Assembly (NCBI GenBank): GCA_963843845.1
Contig: CAWJMB010000002.1
Coordinates: forward strand, 384,001 to 448,000
Length of the DNA: 64,000 nucleotides
Origin: an uncultured Gemmatimonadaceae bacterium
GTDB taxonomy: Bacteria; Gemmatimonadota; Gemmatimonadetes; Gemmatimonadales; Gemmatimonadaceae
Reading direction: 5' to 3'
Made by a program: the position numbers and the translations under genes. This document shows positions 39,892 to 52,711 of the stretch, piece by piece (position 1 is the first letter of the stretch; every line of letters begins with the position of its first letter). Under the pieces are notes generated by a model. That model was not told where the DNA came from. It made no database searches and saw nothing but the letters and a program-made list of their open reading frames with translations.

Positions 39892-42045
39892 TCACCGCTC
39901 GCCCGGCCGGTACGTCCGCTCCGTGTGCCCGACGAGCTGGTTCGGGTAGAAGTAGACCGCGCGGAAGTTGCCGCTCGCGTAGCGCTCCGCCTGGTCGTTG
40001 AAATGCTTCGACGCCGGGTCGCCGCTCTCGCCCCCCGCGGTCACGGCGCGCGCCCGCACGCTGTCCTTCCCGAACTCGACGACGGCGACGAAGCTGTTGC
40101 CGCTCGTGCCGTAGAACCGCTTCGTCCCCGGGTAGCGCCGAGCGCCGAACGAGGCGAGCGAGCCGAAGTTCGCCGACGTGAACGGCACCGGGCTGCTCGG
40201 CTCCGCGTCGCTGAACGTCGGCGTGATCTCGTTCCGCACGCGCTGGAAGCGGTTGATCTCCCCCCACGGCGTTCGCCACGACCCGAAGTCCGCGGCGAGG
40301 CGGTCGACGGCGGTGCCCAACGCCCGCAGCTTCTCCTCCGCCGACGCGGTGGCCATGCCGCGCCCCACGGCCTCGGCCCAGAACACGGCGAGCGACGTCG
40401 GCACCGACTGCGCTCCCCACCCGAAGTCCCAGCCGCGCAGCGCCGCGACCGGCTCGGCGAGCTTCGCCTTCAGCGGGTCGCCCGCCGGCAGCGCGTCGTA
40501 GGCCGCGACGAGCGGCGGGACGTTCTGCGCGAACGTCGGCTGCCACGGGTCGAACGCGGCGTCGAGCAGGCGCTGCAGCGTGAAGTCGGAGCGCGCCGAG
40601 AGAACGCGGATCGCGTGGACGCCGCGCGGGTTCTCGCCGGTGTTGTCCATGTACGACGGGAACGCCTCGCGCTTCGGCGACGCCGCGCCGGCCGCGCTGT
40701 ACGGCCAGTTGTTCGTGTTGTAGAGCCAGCCGCTCGCCGGGTTCTTGAGGAACGGGCTGTCCTCGACGGTGTGGAGCCCCTTCCAGTCGGTCGCCGGGTC
40801 GCTCCCGTCGACCGGCTTGGTCCAGTCGAAGCGGTCGTCGCGGCGCGGGATGAAGTGCGGGTGCGAGTAGCTGATGTTGCCGTCGGCGTCGGCGTAGATC
40901 GTGTTGTTCGACGAGTTCGCCTTGAGGTCCATGACCTTGCGGAACGCCGTCCAGTCGCGCGCCTTCGTGCGGAGGTACGACTGGCTCAGCGCCTCGACCG
41001 GCCGCTGCATGAGGCGGATCGTGATCCATTTCCCGTCCGCCTCGCGCACGACGGGGCCGTGCTGCGTGCGGTAGATCGTGAACGTACGCGACGCCATCGT
41101 GCCATTCGGCGCCTTGTAGGGAACCGTGATCTTCTGCGTGATCACGGGCTTCTCGGCCGACCCGTAGCGGTACACGAAGCCGCCCCCGCGCGGCGTCACC
41201 GTCTCCGCGTACTCGTCGACGACGTCCGCCGTGCTCGTCGTGTGCATCCAGCCGAGCCGGTCGTTGAAGCCCTGGTAGAGGAAGAACTGCCCCCACGTCG
41301 CGGCGCCGTACGCGTTCAGTCCCTCGTCGCTCGTCATCTGCAGCTCGGAGCGGAAGAAGAACGAGGTGTGCGGGTTGATGAGCAGCAGCGCGCGCCCGTT
41401 CGCCGTGCGCGACGGCGCGATCGCCATGCCGTTCGACCCGGAAGGCTCGCGCACCACCGGCTCGTCGTAATCGGTCTCGACGCCAGACGATCCGGCGGAC
41501 CCGGACGACGGCGCCGACGCGCTCCTGTCGTAGAGCTGCTGTAAGGGCCGAAGTGCGACTTTCTCGATGTCGCCGCCGATGCTCCCCTCGCTGAACGTCA
41601 GCGCCATCCACGGCTCGAAGCGGGTGATGACGCGCGGCCTCACTTCGGGGTGCGTCGACAGGTAGTAGTTCAGCCCGTCGGCCCACGCGACCATCAGCGT
41701 CTTGAGCCACGCCGGGCTCGCCGCGTAGCGCACCTTCATCGTGTCGGGGTCGACGAACAGCTTCATGCGCAGATCGCGCCAGATCTCCCCCGCTCCCTCC
41801 GCCTCGGCGAGCCGCCCCATCGCGTTGACGTAGTTCGTCTCGACGCGGTTGAAGTCGTCCTCGGCCTGCGCGTAGACCATCCCGAACACGGCGTCGGCGT
41901 CGGTCCGCCCGCGCACGTGCGCGATGCCCCAGTCGTCGCGCGTGATCGTCACGTTCGCGGTCCGCGCCTTCCAGCGTGCGGCGTCGGGAGACTGGGCGCC
42001 GAGCGCGAGCGGCGCGGCGAGTACGAAGAGAGCGAGTCTACGCAT
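39892..42045 (-). CDS. Penicillin/AHL acylase family (S45) Ntn-hydrolase, secreted
   Basis: ITRDDWGIAHV, YAQAED, GSNGMA nucleophile, LLINPH, GWMHT, GNSFVAVVEFG. Confidence 0.93.
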   Translation of the reverse strand: MRRLALFVLAAPLALGAQSPDAARWKARTANVTITRDDWGIAHVRGRTDADAVFGMVYAQAEDDFNRVETNYVNAMGRLAEAEGAGEIWRDLRMKLFVDPDTMKVRYAASPAWLKTLMVAWADGLNYYLSTHPEVRPRVITRFEPWMALTFSEGSIGGDIEKVALRPLQQLYDRSASAPSSGSAGSSGVETDYDEPVVREPSGSNGMAIAPSRTANGRALLLINPHTSFFFRSELQMTSDEGLNAYGAATWGQFFLYQGFNDRLGWMHTTSTADVVDEYAETVTPRGGGFVYRYGSAEKPVITQKITVPYKAPNGTMASRTFTIYRTQHGPVVREADGKWITIRLMQRPVEALSQSYLRTKARDWTAFRKVMDLKANSSNNTIYADADGNISYSHPHFIPRRDDRFDWTKPVDGSDPATDWKGLHTVEDSPFLKNPASGWLYNTNNWPYSAAGAASPKREAFPSYMDNTGENPRGVHAIRVLSARSDFTLQRLLDAAFDPWQPTFAQNVPPLVAAYDALPAGDPLKAKLAEPVAALRGWDFGWGAQSVPTSLAVFWAEAVGRGMATASAEEKLRALGTAVDRLAADFGSWRTPWGEINRFQRVRNEITPTFSDAEPSSPVPFTSANFGSLASFGARRYPGTKRFYGTSGNSFVAVVEFGKDSVRARAVTAGGESGDPASKHFNDQAERYASGNFRAVYFYPNQLVGHTERTYRPGER

Positions 42046-42095
42046 GGTGCTCAGGTGAGGGTGCTGGTCCAATTTAAGAGAAGGGGAGGTCATCC

Positions 42096-44516
42096 ATGAT
42101 TCCTCATTCTCTTCGACGCGCCCGTGAACGACTCGTGGCTGTGGGGCTGGGACCCGACGCCCGGCATCGTGTCGGTGTGGGCCGAGCCGACGGGAGCGGC
42201 GACGGTGTGGCGGCGCGTGGGCGGGGCGGTCGTCTGCGAGCGCGAGCGTTTCCGGCCGTGGCTGCTGCTCGACCGCCTCGACGATCTGCGCCACCTCGGC
42301 GACGCGCTCGGGCCGGAGGGGAGCGACGCGGTGGTGTGGTGGCGCGAGCTCCGCGGCGACGGCGCGCTGCGCTTTCTCGTGACGCGCGGACGACGGGCGG
42401 CGCCTCACGCACGCCGTGCTGCGCGGCGCTCGCGACCGACTCGGCCACGCGGTCGCGGCACGTGCGCGACCTCGGCGCGCGCCGCGGTGCTGTCGCTGCC
42501 GCCGGAGGAGCAGTACCTCGTCGCGACGGGGCGCACGTACTTCCGCGGGCTCGACGTTCGACGACCTGCGCCGCCTGCAGTTCGACCTCGAGACGACCGG
42601 CCTCGACGCGACGCGCGACCGCATCTTCATGATCGCCGTGCGCGATCCCGACGGCGCGACGCGCGTGCTCGAGGCGCCGGACGACGGCGACGACGGCGAG
42701 GCCGCGCTGATCCGCGAGCTCGCTGGCCGTCGTGCGCGCCGCCGATCCGGACGTCGATCGAGAACCACAACCTGCACGGCTTCGACCTGCCGTTCCTCGA
42801 GACGCGCGCGCCGGCGGCTCGGCGTGCCGCTCGCGTTGGGCACGGGTGCCCGGCGCCGCGCCTGCGCACGCGCGCGGCGATGCGCGGCTCGCCGCTCGCC
42901 GACGCGGCGACGGCGACGGCACGCCGCGCCGCGTGCGCTACGTCGCGCCGGGGCGCGAGCTGATCGACACGCTCGACGCGGTGCGGCGCTACGACTTCTC
43001 GGCGCGCGACCTGCCCGGGCCACGGACTCAAGGCGGTCGCGCGCCACTTCGGCATCGCGCGGCCCGACCGCGAGTACATCCGCGGCGACCGAGATCTACG
43101 ACGACGTATCGCACGCGATCCCGGAGCGCGTGCGCCGCTACGCCACCGACGACGTCGAGGAGGTCGCGGCGCTCGCGCGCCTGCTCGGCGGCGCCGCGTT
43201 CGCGCTCGCGCAGCATGGCGCCGCGCCGCTACGAGCGGCTCGCCGACGCGGGCGCCGGCGACCGGCGTGATCGACCCGCTGCTGGTGCGCGCGTACCTGC
43301 GCGCCGGCGCCGCGCTGCCCGCGCACGAGGCGGGCGACGGCACGCCGCACACCGGCGCCGCGCTGCACCTGTTCGCCACCGGCGTCGCGCAGCGCGTCGT
43401 GAAGGCCGACGTCGCGAGCCTGTACCCGTCGCTGATGCGCGCCGTACCGCATCGGGCCGGCGCGCGACCGTCTGGGCGCGCTGCTCGCGCTCGTCGACCG
43501 GCTCGTCGAGCAGCGGCTCGCCGCGAAGGCGCGCCGGCGCGCGCCGCGCCGGCCGGCTCGGCCGAGCGCCACACGCACGAGGCGCTGTCGGCGGCGATGA
43601 AGCTCGTCGTCAACTCGGCGTACGGCTACCTCGCGGCGGGCGGCGAGCTCACGCGCTTCGCCGACGTGCACGCCGCCAACGAGGTGACGCGCCGCGGGCG
43701 CGAGATGCTCGACCTGATGTGCCGCGAGCTCGCGCGCGCGCGGCGTGACGCTGCTCGAGGCGGACACCGACGGCGTCTACTTCGCCGTGCCGGAGGCGTG
43801 GACCGAGGCCGACGAGCGGCGCGTCGTCGCGGAGGTCGCCGCGCTGCTGCCGCCGCTCGTGCACCTCGAGTTCGAGGGGCGCTACGCGGCGATGCTCTCG
43901 CACGAGCCGAAGAACTACGCGCTGCTCACCTACGACGGCACGCTCATGCTGCGCGGCGTCGCGTTCCGGTCGAGCCGCGCCGAGCCGTTCGGCGAGGCGT
44001 TCCTGCGGCGCGCGCTCGCGCTGTCTGCTGGCCGGCGACGTCGCCGGCGTGCGCGAGGCGTATCGTCGACGACGGTCGACGCGCTGCGCCGCCGCGAGCT
44101 GCCGACCTACGACGTCGTCGTCGCGCGTGCGGCTCACGAAGACGCCGGCGCGAGTACGCCGCGGTCGCGCGCGACGCGGCGCGAGCTGCCGTACGAGGCG
44201 ATGCTCGCGAGCGGCCGCGCGCGAGGCGTGGAGCGCCGTGGGCGCGCGGCGAGCGCGTGCGCGTCTACCGCACCGCCGGCGGCGGCGCGGGCGTCGTGCC
44301 CGAGCGCGACGGCGGCGCGGCGGACGCGCCCGACCCGCGCGACTACGACGTCGAGCACTACGTGCGCGTGCTGCGCGACAAGTTCGCGTCGCGACTCGCG
44401 CGCGGACTCCGCCGGAGGACTACGAGGCGGTCTTCGCCGACCCCGAGCAGATCGCGCTGTTCGAGTCCTCGCTCGCGGCCGCGCGGCCGGTCCTCCGAAC
44501 GTCGGGCACGTCGTGA
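42096..44516 (+). CDS. polB: Family B DNA polymerase with 3'-5' exonuclease; frameshifted
   Basis: Exo motifs FDLETTG, HNLHGFDLPFL, YATDD; pol motifs DVASLYPS, KLVVNSAYG, ADTDG, KNYA; C-terminal QIALF. Confidence 0.88.
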
Positions 44517-44568
44517 ACGAGTCCGCCGTCGCCCGCGTGCCGATGCCGGCGACGTGACCGCCGGGCGC

Positions 44569-45531
44569 CTAACGGCCGAGCGTGGCGAGCAGCAGCTCCA
44601 CGTCTCGGCCGAGCGCGTCCCACGCGAACGGCCCGTTCCCTGCCGCGGCGCGCGCGAGCCGCTCGGCGGCGGCGCGCGCCGCGTCGTCGGCGCTGCCGAG
44701 CCGCTCGCCTAACGCGCGCGCCTCGCGGCGGCTCGGCCCGCTGCGCAGGAGCGCCACGTCGCGGCGGCGGACCGCGTCGCGTACCGCGGCGAGCCAGACT
44801 CCGGCGCGCACGTCGTCGGCGCCGAGGAGCGTGAGGCTCGAGCGCCACGCGTCGCGCCGCTCGTCCGCGCTCGCCGCGGCGCCGAGCGCAGCGCGCGTCG
44901 TGCTCTCGGCGGCGTAGAAGCGCGCGATCGCCGCGGCGCCCGGCTGTGCGTCGAGCAGCACCGCGGCCGCCGCCCCCGCCCGCGCCGCGGCCGCGCTGTC
45001 GCCTGCCCGCGCGGCCAGCTCGCGCTGCATCATGAGCGCCCCGAAGCGCACCGCGCGCGCGCGCGCGCTCGACGCGGCGCCGGCCGCGCTCCCCGCGGTC
45101 ACGTCGCCGCGCGTGCCGCTCCACGTCAGCGGGTCGGGCGCCGTGAGCGACGCGCCGGTCGCGTCGCCGCCGAGCAGCGCGGCGAACTTCTCCGGGTCCG
45201 GGAGGCGGCTCGCGCGCCCCGTCTGGACGCCGCCGACGACGACCACCAGCACCGCCGCCGCGGCCAGCACGCTCCACGAGCCGCGCCACGACCGAGGCCG
45301 CTCCGCGCCTCGCGCGATCGGAACGACGGGGGTCGGACTGCTCGGCGCGGTGGCGTCGGGCGCGCGCGCGTCGCCGTCGAGATCGCGCAGCACGGCGCCG
45401 ACGTCGGCGAGCGCGTCCGCCGCGTCGTCATCGCGCGCGAGCTCGGCCAGCAGCGCCTCGCGCGCGGCCGGGTCGAGTCGGCCGTCGAGGAGCGCCGCCA
45501 ACCGCTCTGGATCGATCTGGGAGTCGCTCAC
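44569..45531 (-). CDS. Putative membrane-anchored anti-sigma factor
   Basis: IDPERLAALLDGRLDPAAREALLAEL (ZAS-like N-terminus without Cys), TM, GTGA overlap with sigma gene. Confidence 0.65.
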   Translation of the reverse strand: MSDSQIDPERLAALLDGRLDPAAREALLAELARDDDAADALADVGAVLRDLDGDARAPDATAPSSPTPVVPIARGAERPRSWRGSWSVLAAAAVLVVVVGGVQTGRASRLPDPEKFAALLGGDATGASLTAPDPLTWSGTRGDVTAGSAAGAASSARARAVRFGALMMQRELAARAGDSAAAARAGAAAAVLLDAQPGAAAIARFYAAESTTRAALGAAASADERRDAWRSSLTLLGADDVRAGVWLAAVRDAVRRRDVALLRSGPSRREARALGERLGSADDAARAAAERLARAAAGNGPFAWDALGRDVELLLATLGR

Positions 45532-46415
45532 GTCTCTGGCCTCACCGCGCGCTCCGCCGCGTGCGGGCGCGTCTGCTTAGAGGGCTGCGGAATCTCGGTC
45601 TCCCACAGCCGGTCGACTCGCGGCTCGCCGTCTTCCGCCGGCAGCGCGGCGCCGAGCACGTCACGCACCCGCGGCCACGTCACGCCGTGCGCCTCGAGAT
45701 GGCGGGCGAGCGTTCGCAGCGCCGCCTCGCGCACGCGGTAGAGCGGCTTCTGCTCGACGCCGAGCGCGCGCGCCACGTCGGCGAGCGAGCGGCCACCGAG
45801 CACGCTCGCCTTGATGACGATCTGCTCCTGCGACGCGAGCGACGCGATCGCGGTCGCGAGCTGCCCGTACACATATCGGCGCTCGGCGTCCTGCTCGGCG
45901 TCGAGCGTCGCGTCGTCGGCGGCGTCGTCGCCGGGGATCGCGTCCGCCGCCGCGCCGCCGTCGTCCACCACGCGCGTCGGCGTGCGGCGCGGCAGCGAGG
46001 CGAGCAGCACGCCGAGCTCGCGGTCGGTCGCCGACGTCTCGCCGCGCGCGCGCAGCACCGTGCCCGCCTCGTCCAGCCGCATGCCGTCGCGGTAGACGAG
46101 GCGTTCGAGGCTCACGGCGACCGTGCCGGCGCGGAGCGCCGCCGCCGACGGCCGCCACCGCCCCCAGCGCTTCACGCGGAACTCGCGCCCGAGGTTCACG
46201 AGCACGACGGCGAGATACGTCGTCAGCGCGCTCTCGCGCCGCCACTTGCGGAGCAGCGCATAGTCGTCGTCCCACAGCCGCGCCTTCGCCCACGACGCGA
46301 ACTCGTCGGCATCGTCGCCGCGAAAGCCGAGCACGCGACAGACCGACGCGGTCGCGCGGTCGATCGCCGCCAGGTTGTCGAGGAACAGCGCCTCGTACGT
46401 GTCCCGCTCCGTCAT
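45528..46415 (-). CDS. Sigma-70 family (ECF-like) factor
   Basis: DDADEFASW..LRKW..SALTTYLAVV (sigma2-like); LASQEQIVI..GRSLADVARALGVEQKPLYRV (sigma4). Confidence 0.85.
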   Translation of the reverse strand: MTERDTYEALFLDNLAAIDRATASVCRVLGFRGDDADEFASWAKARLWDDDYALLRKWRRESALTTYLAVVLVNLGREFRVKRWGRWRPSAAALRAGTVAVSLERLVYRDGMRLDEAGTVLRARGETSATDRELGVLLASLPRRTPTRVVDDGGAAADAIPGDDAADDATLDAEQDAERRYVYGQLATAIASLASQEQIVIKASVLGGRSLADVARALGVEQKPLYRVREAALRTLARHLEAHGVTWPRVRDVLGAALPAEDGEPRVDRLWETEIPQPSKQTRPHAAERAVRPET

Positions 46416-46545
46416 CACCGCACGCTGGTCGCCGCGGCCACTGTGCACCGCGCTCGAAGCTACGCCGCCGGTCGGCGACCCGGCCACTGCGCCGGGCGAG
46501 AAATCGGGCTCGGCGACGCCGACCACCATCAGCGACTCGGCCCGC

Positions 46546-47163
46546 TCACCCCACCGATGCCTGCCGCTGCAGCAGGGCGACCGTCGCGGCGCCGAGCCCG
46601 CGCACCTCGCTCGCGATCCCCACCGGACTCTCGCCGAACAGCGCCGGAAGGAACGTGCACGCCGCGAGATACGATCCTGCGATCGACGGGTGACTGCCGT
46701 CGGGGTCGTGCAGCACCGGTGCCCCGGGGGTGCCTGCGACACGCGCCCACGCCACCCCCGCCGGCACGACCGTCGCCCCGAGCTCCGCGCCGATGGCCTC
46801 GTACGCGCTCGTGAGCGCGTCCTGCGTCGCCGGCACGTCGCGGCGCGCCCACGTGAGGTAGAGCGCGGTGCGCGCGCCGGCGGCACGGATCACGGGGTCG
46901 AAGAGCCGCACGCTCTCGTGGAAGCGCCGCGCGTTCTTGATCGGCAGCGTGCTCTGCTCCTGTAGCACGACCCAGTCCCACGCGCGGCCCTCGATCAGGC
47001 GCCGTGCGTCGCCCCGGTTCCAGTGCATGCGCAGCGACGCGCCGCCGGCCCAGAGCAGTGCGTGGTCGACGGCGTGGCCGCGCGCCGCGGCGAGCGAGGC
47101 GACGAGGCCGGGCAGGTCGTTGCGCTGCGTGAAGCTGTTGCCGATGTAGAGAATCGAGGTCAT
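46546..47163 (-). CDS. SGNH/GDSL-type hydrolase
   Basis: ILYIGNSFT, WDWVVLQEQS, PDGSHPSIAGSYLAAC. Confidence 0.85.
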   Translation of the reverse strand: MTSILYIGNSFTQRNDLPGLVASLAAARGHAVDHALLWAGGASLRMHWNRGDARRLIEGRAWDWVVLQEQSTLPIKNARRFHESVRLFDPVIRAAGARTALYLTWARRDVPATQDALTSAYEAIGAELGATVVPAGVAWARVAGTPGAPVLHDPDGSHPSIAGSYLAACTFLPALFGESPVGIASEVRGLGAATVALLQRQASVG

Positions 47164-47167
47164 GTCA

Positions 47168-48596
47168 TCACGCGGTCAGTGGCTCGCCGAGCGGCTCGGT
47201 GCCTAACGGATCCGCCGCGGCCGGCGGCGCCGGGAACGCGAGCCGGCGTCGGAACTCGCGCCGCAACAGCAGCAGGCCGATCGCGAGCTGCGCCCAGATC
47301 GACGCGACCGAGATGTACCAGATCCAGGTCAGCCGGAACCCCGCGACGCGCGACAGCAGCACGACCGGCACCGCGACGATCGTGAGGCGCGCCGCCGACG
47401 CGACGAGCGACGGCACCGTGTTCCCCATCGCCTGGAACAGGCTCGACGCGACGAACACGATCCCCGATGCGACGAAGCTCCACGACACGATGCGCAGGTA
47501 CTCGACGCCGACGGCGATCGCCGTGCGGTCGGCGGTGAAGATGCCGACGAGCGCGGCCGGCGCGAGCTGACAGAGCAGGAGCAGCGCGACCATCGCCCCC
47601 GCCGCCATCGTCGCCGCGTCGCGGAACGTGCGCCGCACGCGGTCCGCCAGCCGCGCGCCGACGTTCTGCCCGGCGACCGGCGCGGCCGCGAAGCCCAGCG
47701 CGACGACGGGCATGAACCCCGACTGCACGATGCGCATGCCGATCCCGAACCCCGCCTGCGCCGCGGCGCCGAACGGCCGCGCGACGGCGTAGACGATGAG
47801 CATGTAGACCGCCATGAGCGCGAACTCGACGCCGGCCGGCAGCCCGATCCCGAGGATGCGCCGCCAGAGCGGGAGCTGCGGGCGGAGGTCGTGTCGCGAC
47901 GAAGCGAAGCGGCGCGCCCGGCCGCACGAAGTACGACGTGAGCCACACGACGCCCACGGCGAGCGCGATCAGCGTCGACATCGCGGCGCCGGTGACCCCG
48001 ACCGCGCGCCCGGTGCCCCAGCCGAAGATGAGGACCGGCGCGAGCACGATGTTGATGACGACCGTCACCGTGCCGACGATCATCCCGGGGCGGAAGTTCC
48101 CCGTGCCGCGCAGGGCGGCACCCATCGCGACGATCGCGAACTGCAGCGCGAGCGCCGGGATGAACCAGCGCAGATACTCGGCCGCGAGCGCCGCCGTCTC
48201 GGCGTCCGCGCTCTGCGCGCGGGCGTACGACAGCCGCAGCGCCATCCCGACGACGGCGAACAGCGCGCCGACGAGCATCGTCAGCCCCTGCGCCTGGTTG
48301 AACGCGAGCCGCGCCCGCTCGCGGTCGCCACCGCCCATCGCCTGCGCGACGACGGCCGTCGTGCCGACGCCGAGCATCTGCGTGAGCGCGAGCACGAGGA
48401 AGTTGAGGTTCCCCGCGATCCCGACCGCCGCGACCGCCCGCGTGCCGAGTCGCCCGACCCAGTAGAGATCGACGAGGAAGTAGAGCGTCTGGAAGACCAT
48501 CGTGACGAGCATGAAGCTCGTCGTCTGCAGCAGGTGCTTCGTGACGGGGCCGGTCGTGAAGCTGGCCACGGGGGAGACGACGATCCTCGAGTTCAT
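47168..48596 (-). CDS. MATE efflux transporter; frameshift near 47880-47900
   Basis: LVDLYWVGRLG..AVAAVG, LRGTGN, GAAMST, VAGQNVGA, FQAMGNT. Confidence 0.9.
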
Positions 48597-48634
48597 GCTG
48601 TCGACGCGAATGGCATTCGGATGGCGCTGCTGTC

Positions 48635-51653
<3,019 letters not shown>

Positions 51654-51905
51654 CCCCGGATGGCAAGCCAGCAGCGACGGCGATCTCTCCCGGGCACGTT
51701 ACGCGTCCCGGACATCTCGAGCCCCGGCCGTCTCTGGATCATCCGGCCGCTTCCGGTGGTATGCGTCCACGAAGTCGCGATACCGCTGCCGCGACGAGTG
51801 CGGCCGAGCGCCCGCCGGTGTGGTCACGCCGGCCCGTGGTGGCGGAACCGCGCGCCGGCGACGTATCGTAAACGTCCCCGTTTCACTTCCTCACGAGGAG
51901 TTCTC

Positions 51906-52631
51906 ATGCGTCGCGTCCACGTTTCCGCGCTCGCGGTCGGTGCAGTCGTGCTCGTTGCCGGTGTCAGACAGAGTGGTGCGCAGGCCATGGCGCACGACGA
52001 GGCGAAGTCCGTCGCCGACGGCGGCATCAAGGCGGCCGGCTGGGCCGGCAAGGTCGACGCGAACGAGGCGAAGGCCGGGATGACGGTGAACAGTGCCCGC
52101 CTGGCCATGGAAGGAAAGAACATCCACGTGAAGACGGGTCCCGCCACGACGTACTGGAAGACGGGCGAGATGGCGAAGGGGAACTACACCGTCTCGGCCA
52201 CGTTCACCGAGTCCGACTACATGGGGCTGAACGACCACCCGCACCCCTACGGGATCGTGATCGGCGGCAACGACATGGGGACGGACAACCAGAGCCTGCT
52301 CTACTGCGCGGCCTACGGCAGCGGCAAGTTCATCGTCCGCGGCTTCGGGCCGGCGGCGTTCCAGATGAACGGCCGCGGCGGCGAGACGGTCGAGGCGGTG
52401 AACAAGGCGGCCGGCAAGGGCTCGTCGATCACGCAGACGATCGGCATGCAGGTCAAGGGCGACGACGTCTCGTGCATGATCAACGGCAAGACGGTGGCGA
52501 CCTACAAGAAGGCCGACCTCGTCGCCGCCGGAAAGCTGAAGTCGACCGACGGCATGGTCGGCGTGCGCTTCGGGCACAACACCGAGGCGCTCGTCAGCGA
52601 CTTCAAGGTGACGCCGCTCGTGACCAAGTAG
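51906..52631 (+). CDS. Secreted beta-sandwich protein (concanavalin-A/DUF1080-like, tentative)
   Basis: RBS GAGGAG, signal peptide; GNYTVSATF, HPHPYGIVIGG, CMINGKTVA, GMVGVRFGH. Confidence 0.75.
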   Translation: MRRVHVSALAVGAVVLVAGVRQSGAQAMAHDEAKSVADGGIKAAGWAGKVDANEAKAGMTVNSARLAMEGKNIHVKTGPATTYWKTGEMAKGNYTVSATFTESDYMGLNDHPHPYGIVIGGNDMGTDNQSLLYCAAYGSGKFIVRGFGPAAFQMNGRGGETVEAVNKAAGKGSSITQTIGMQVKGDDVSCMINGKTVATYKKADLVAAGKLKSTDGMVGVRFGHNTEALVSDFKVTPLVTK

Positions 52632-52651
52632 TCGCCCGGCCGTTCCGCACG

Positions 52652-52694
52652 GGGCGAGGGCCCCGCCGTCGAGCCGACGGCGGGGCCCTCGCCC
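52652..52694. terminator. 20-bp GC stem-loop between convergent genes
   Basis: GGGCGAGGGCCCCGCCGTCG-agc-CGACGGCGGGGCCCTCGCCC. Confidence 0.65.
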
Positions 52695-52711
52695 GTTCCC
52701 GGGGGGGACTC

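Noticed and set aside
42096..44516. polB as a prophage or pipolin marker, or programmed frameshifting
   Set aside because: No integrase, att-like repeats or virion genes seen; many scattered shifts without slippery sites, shared with unrelated genes.
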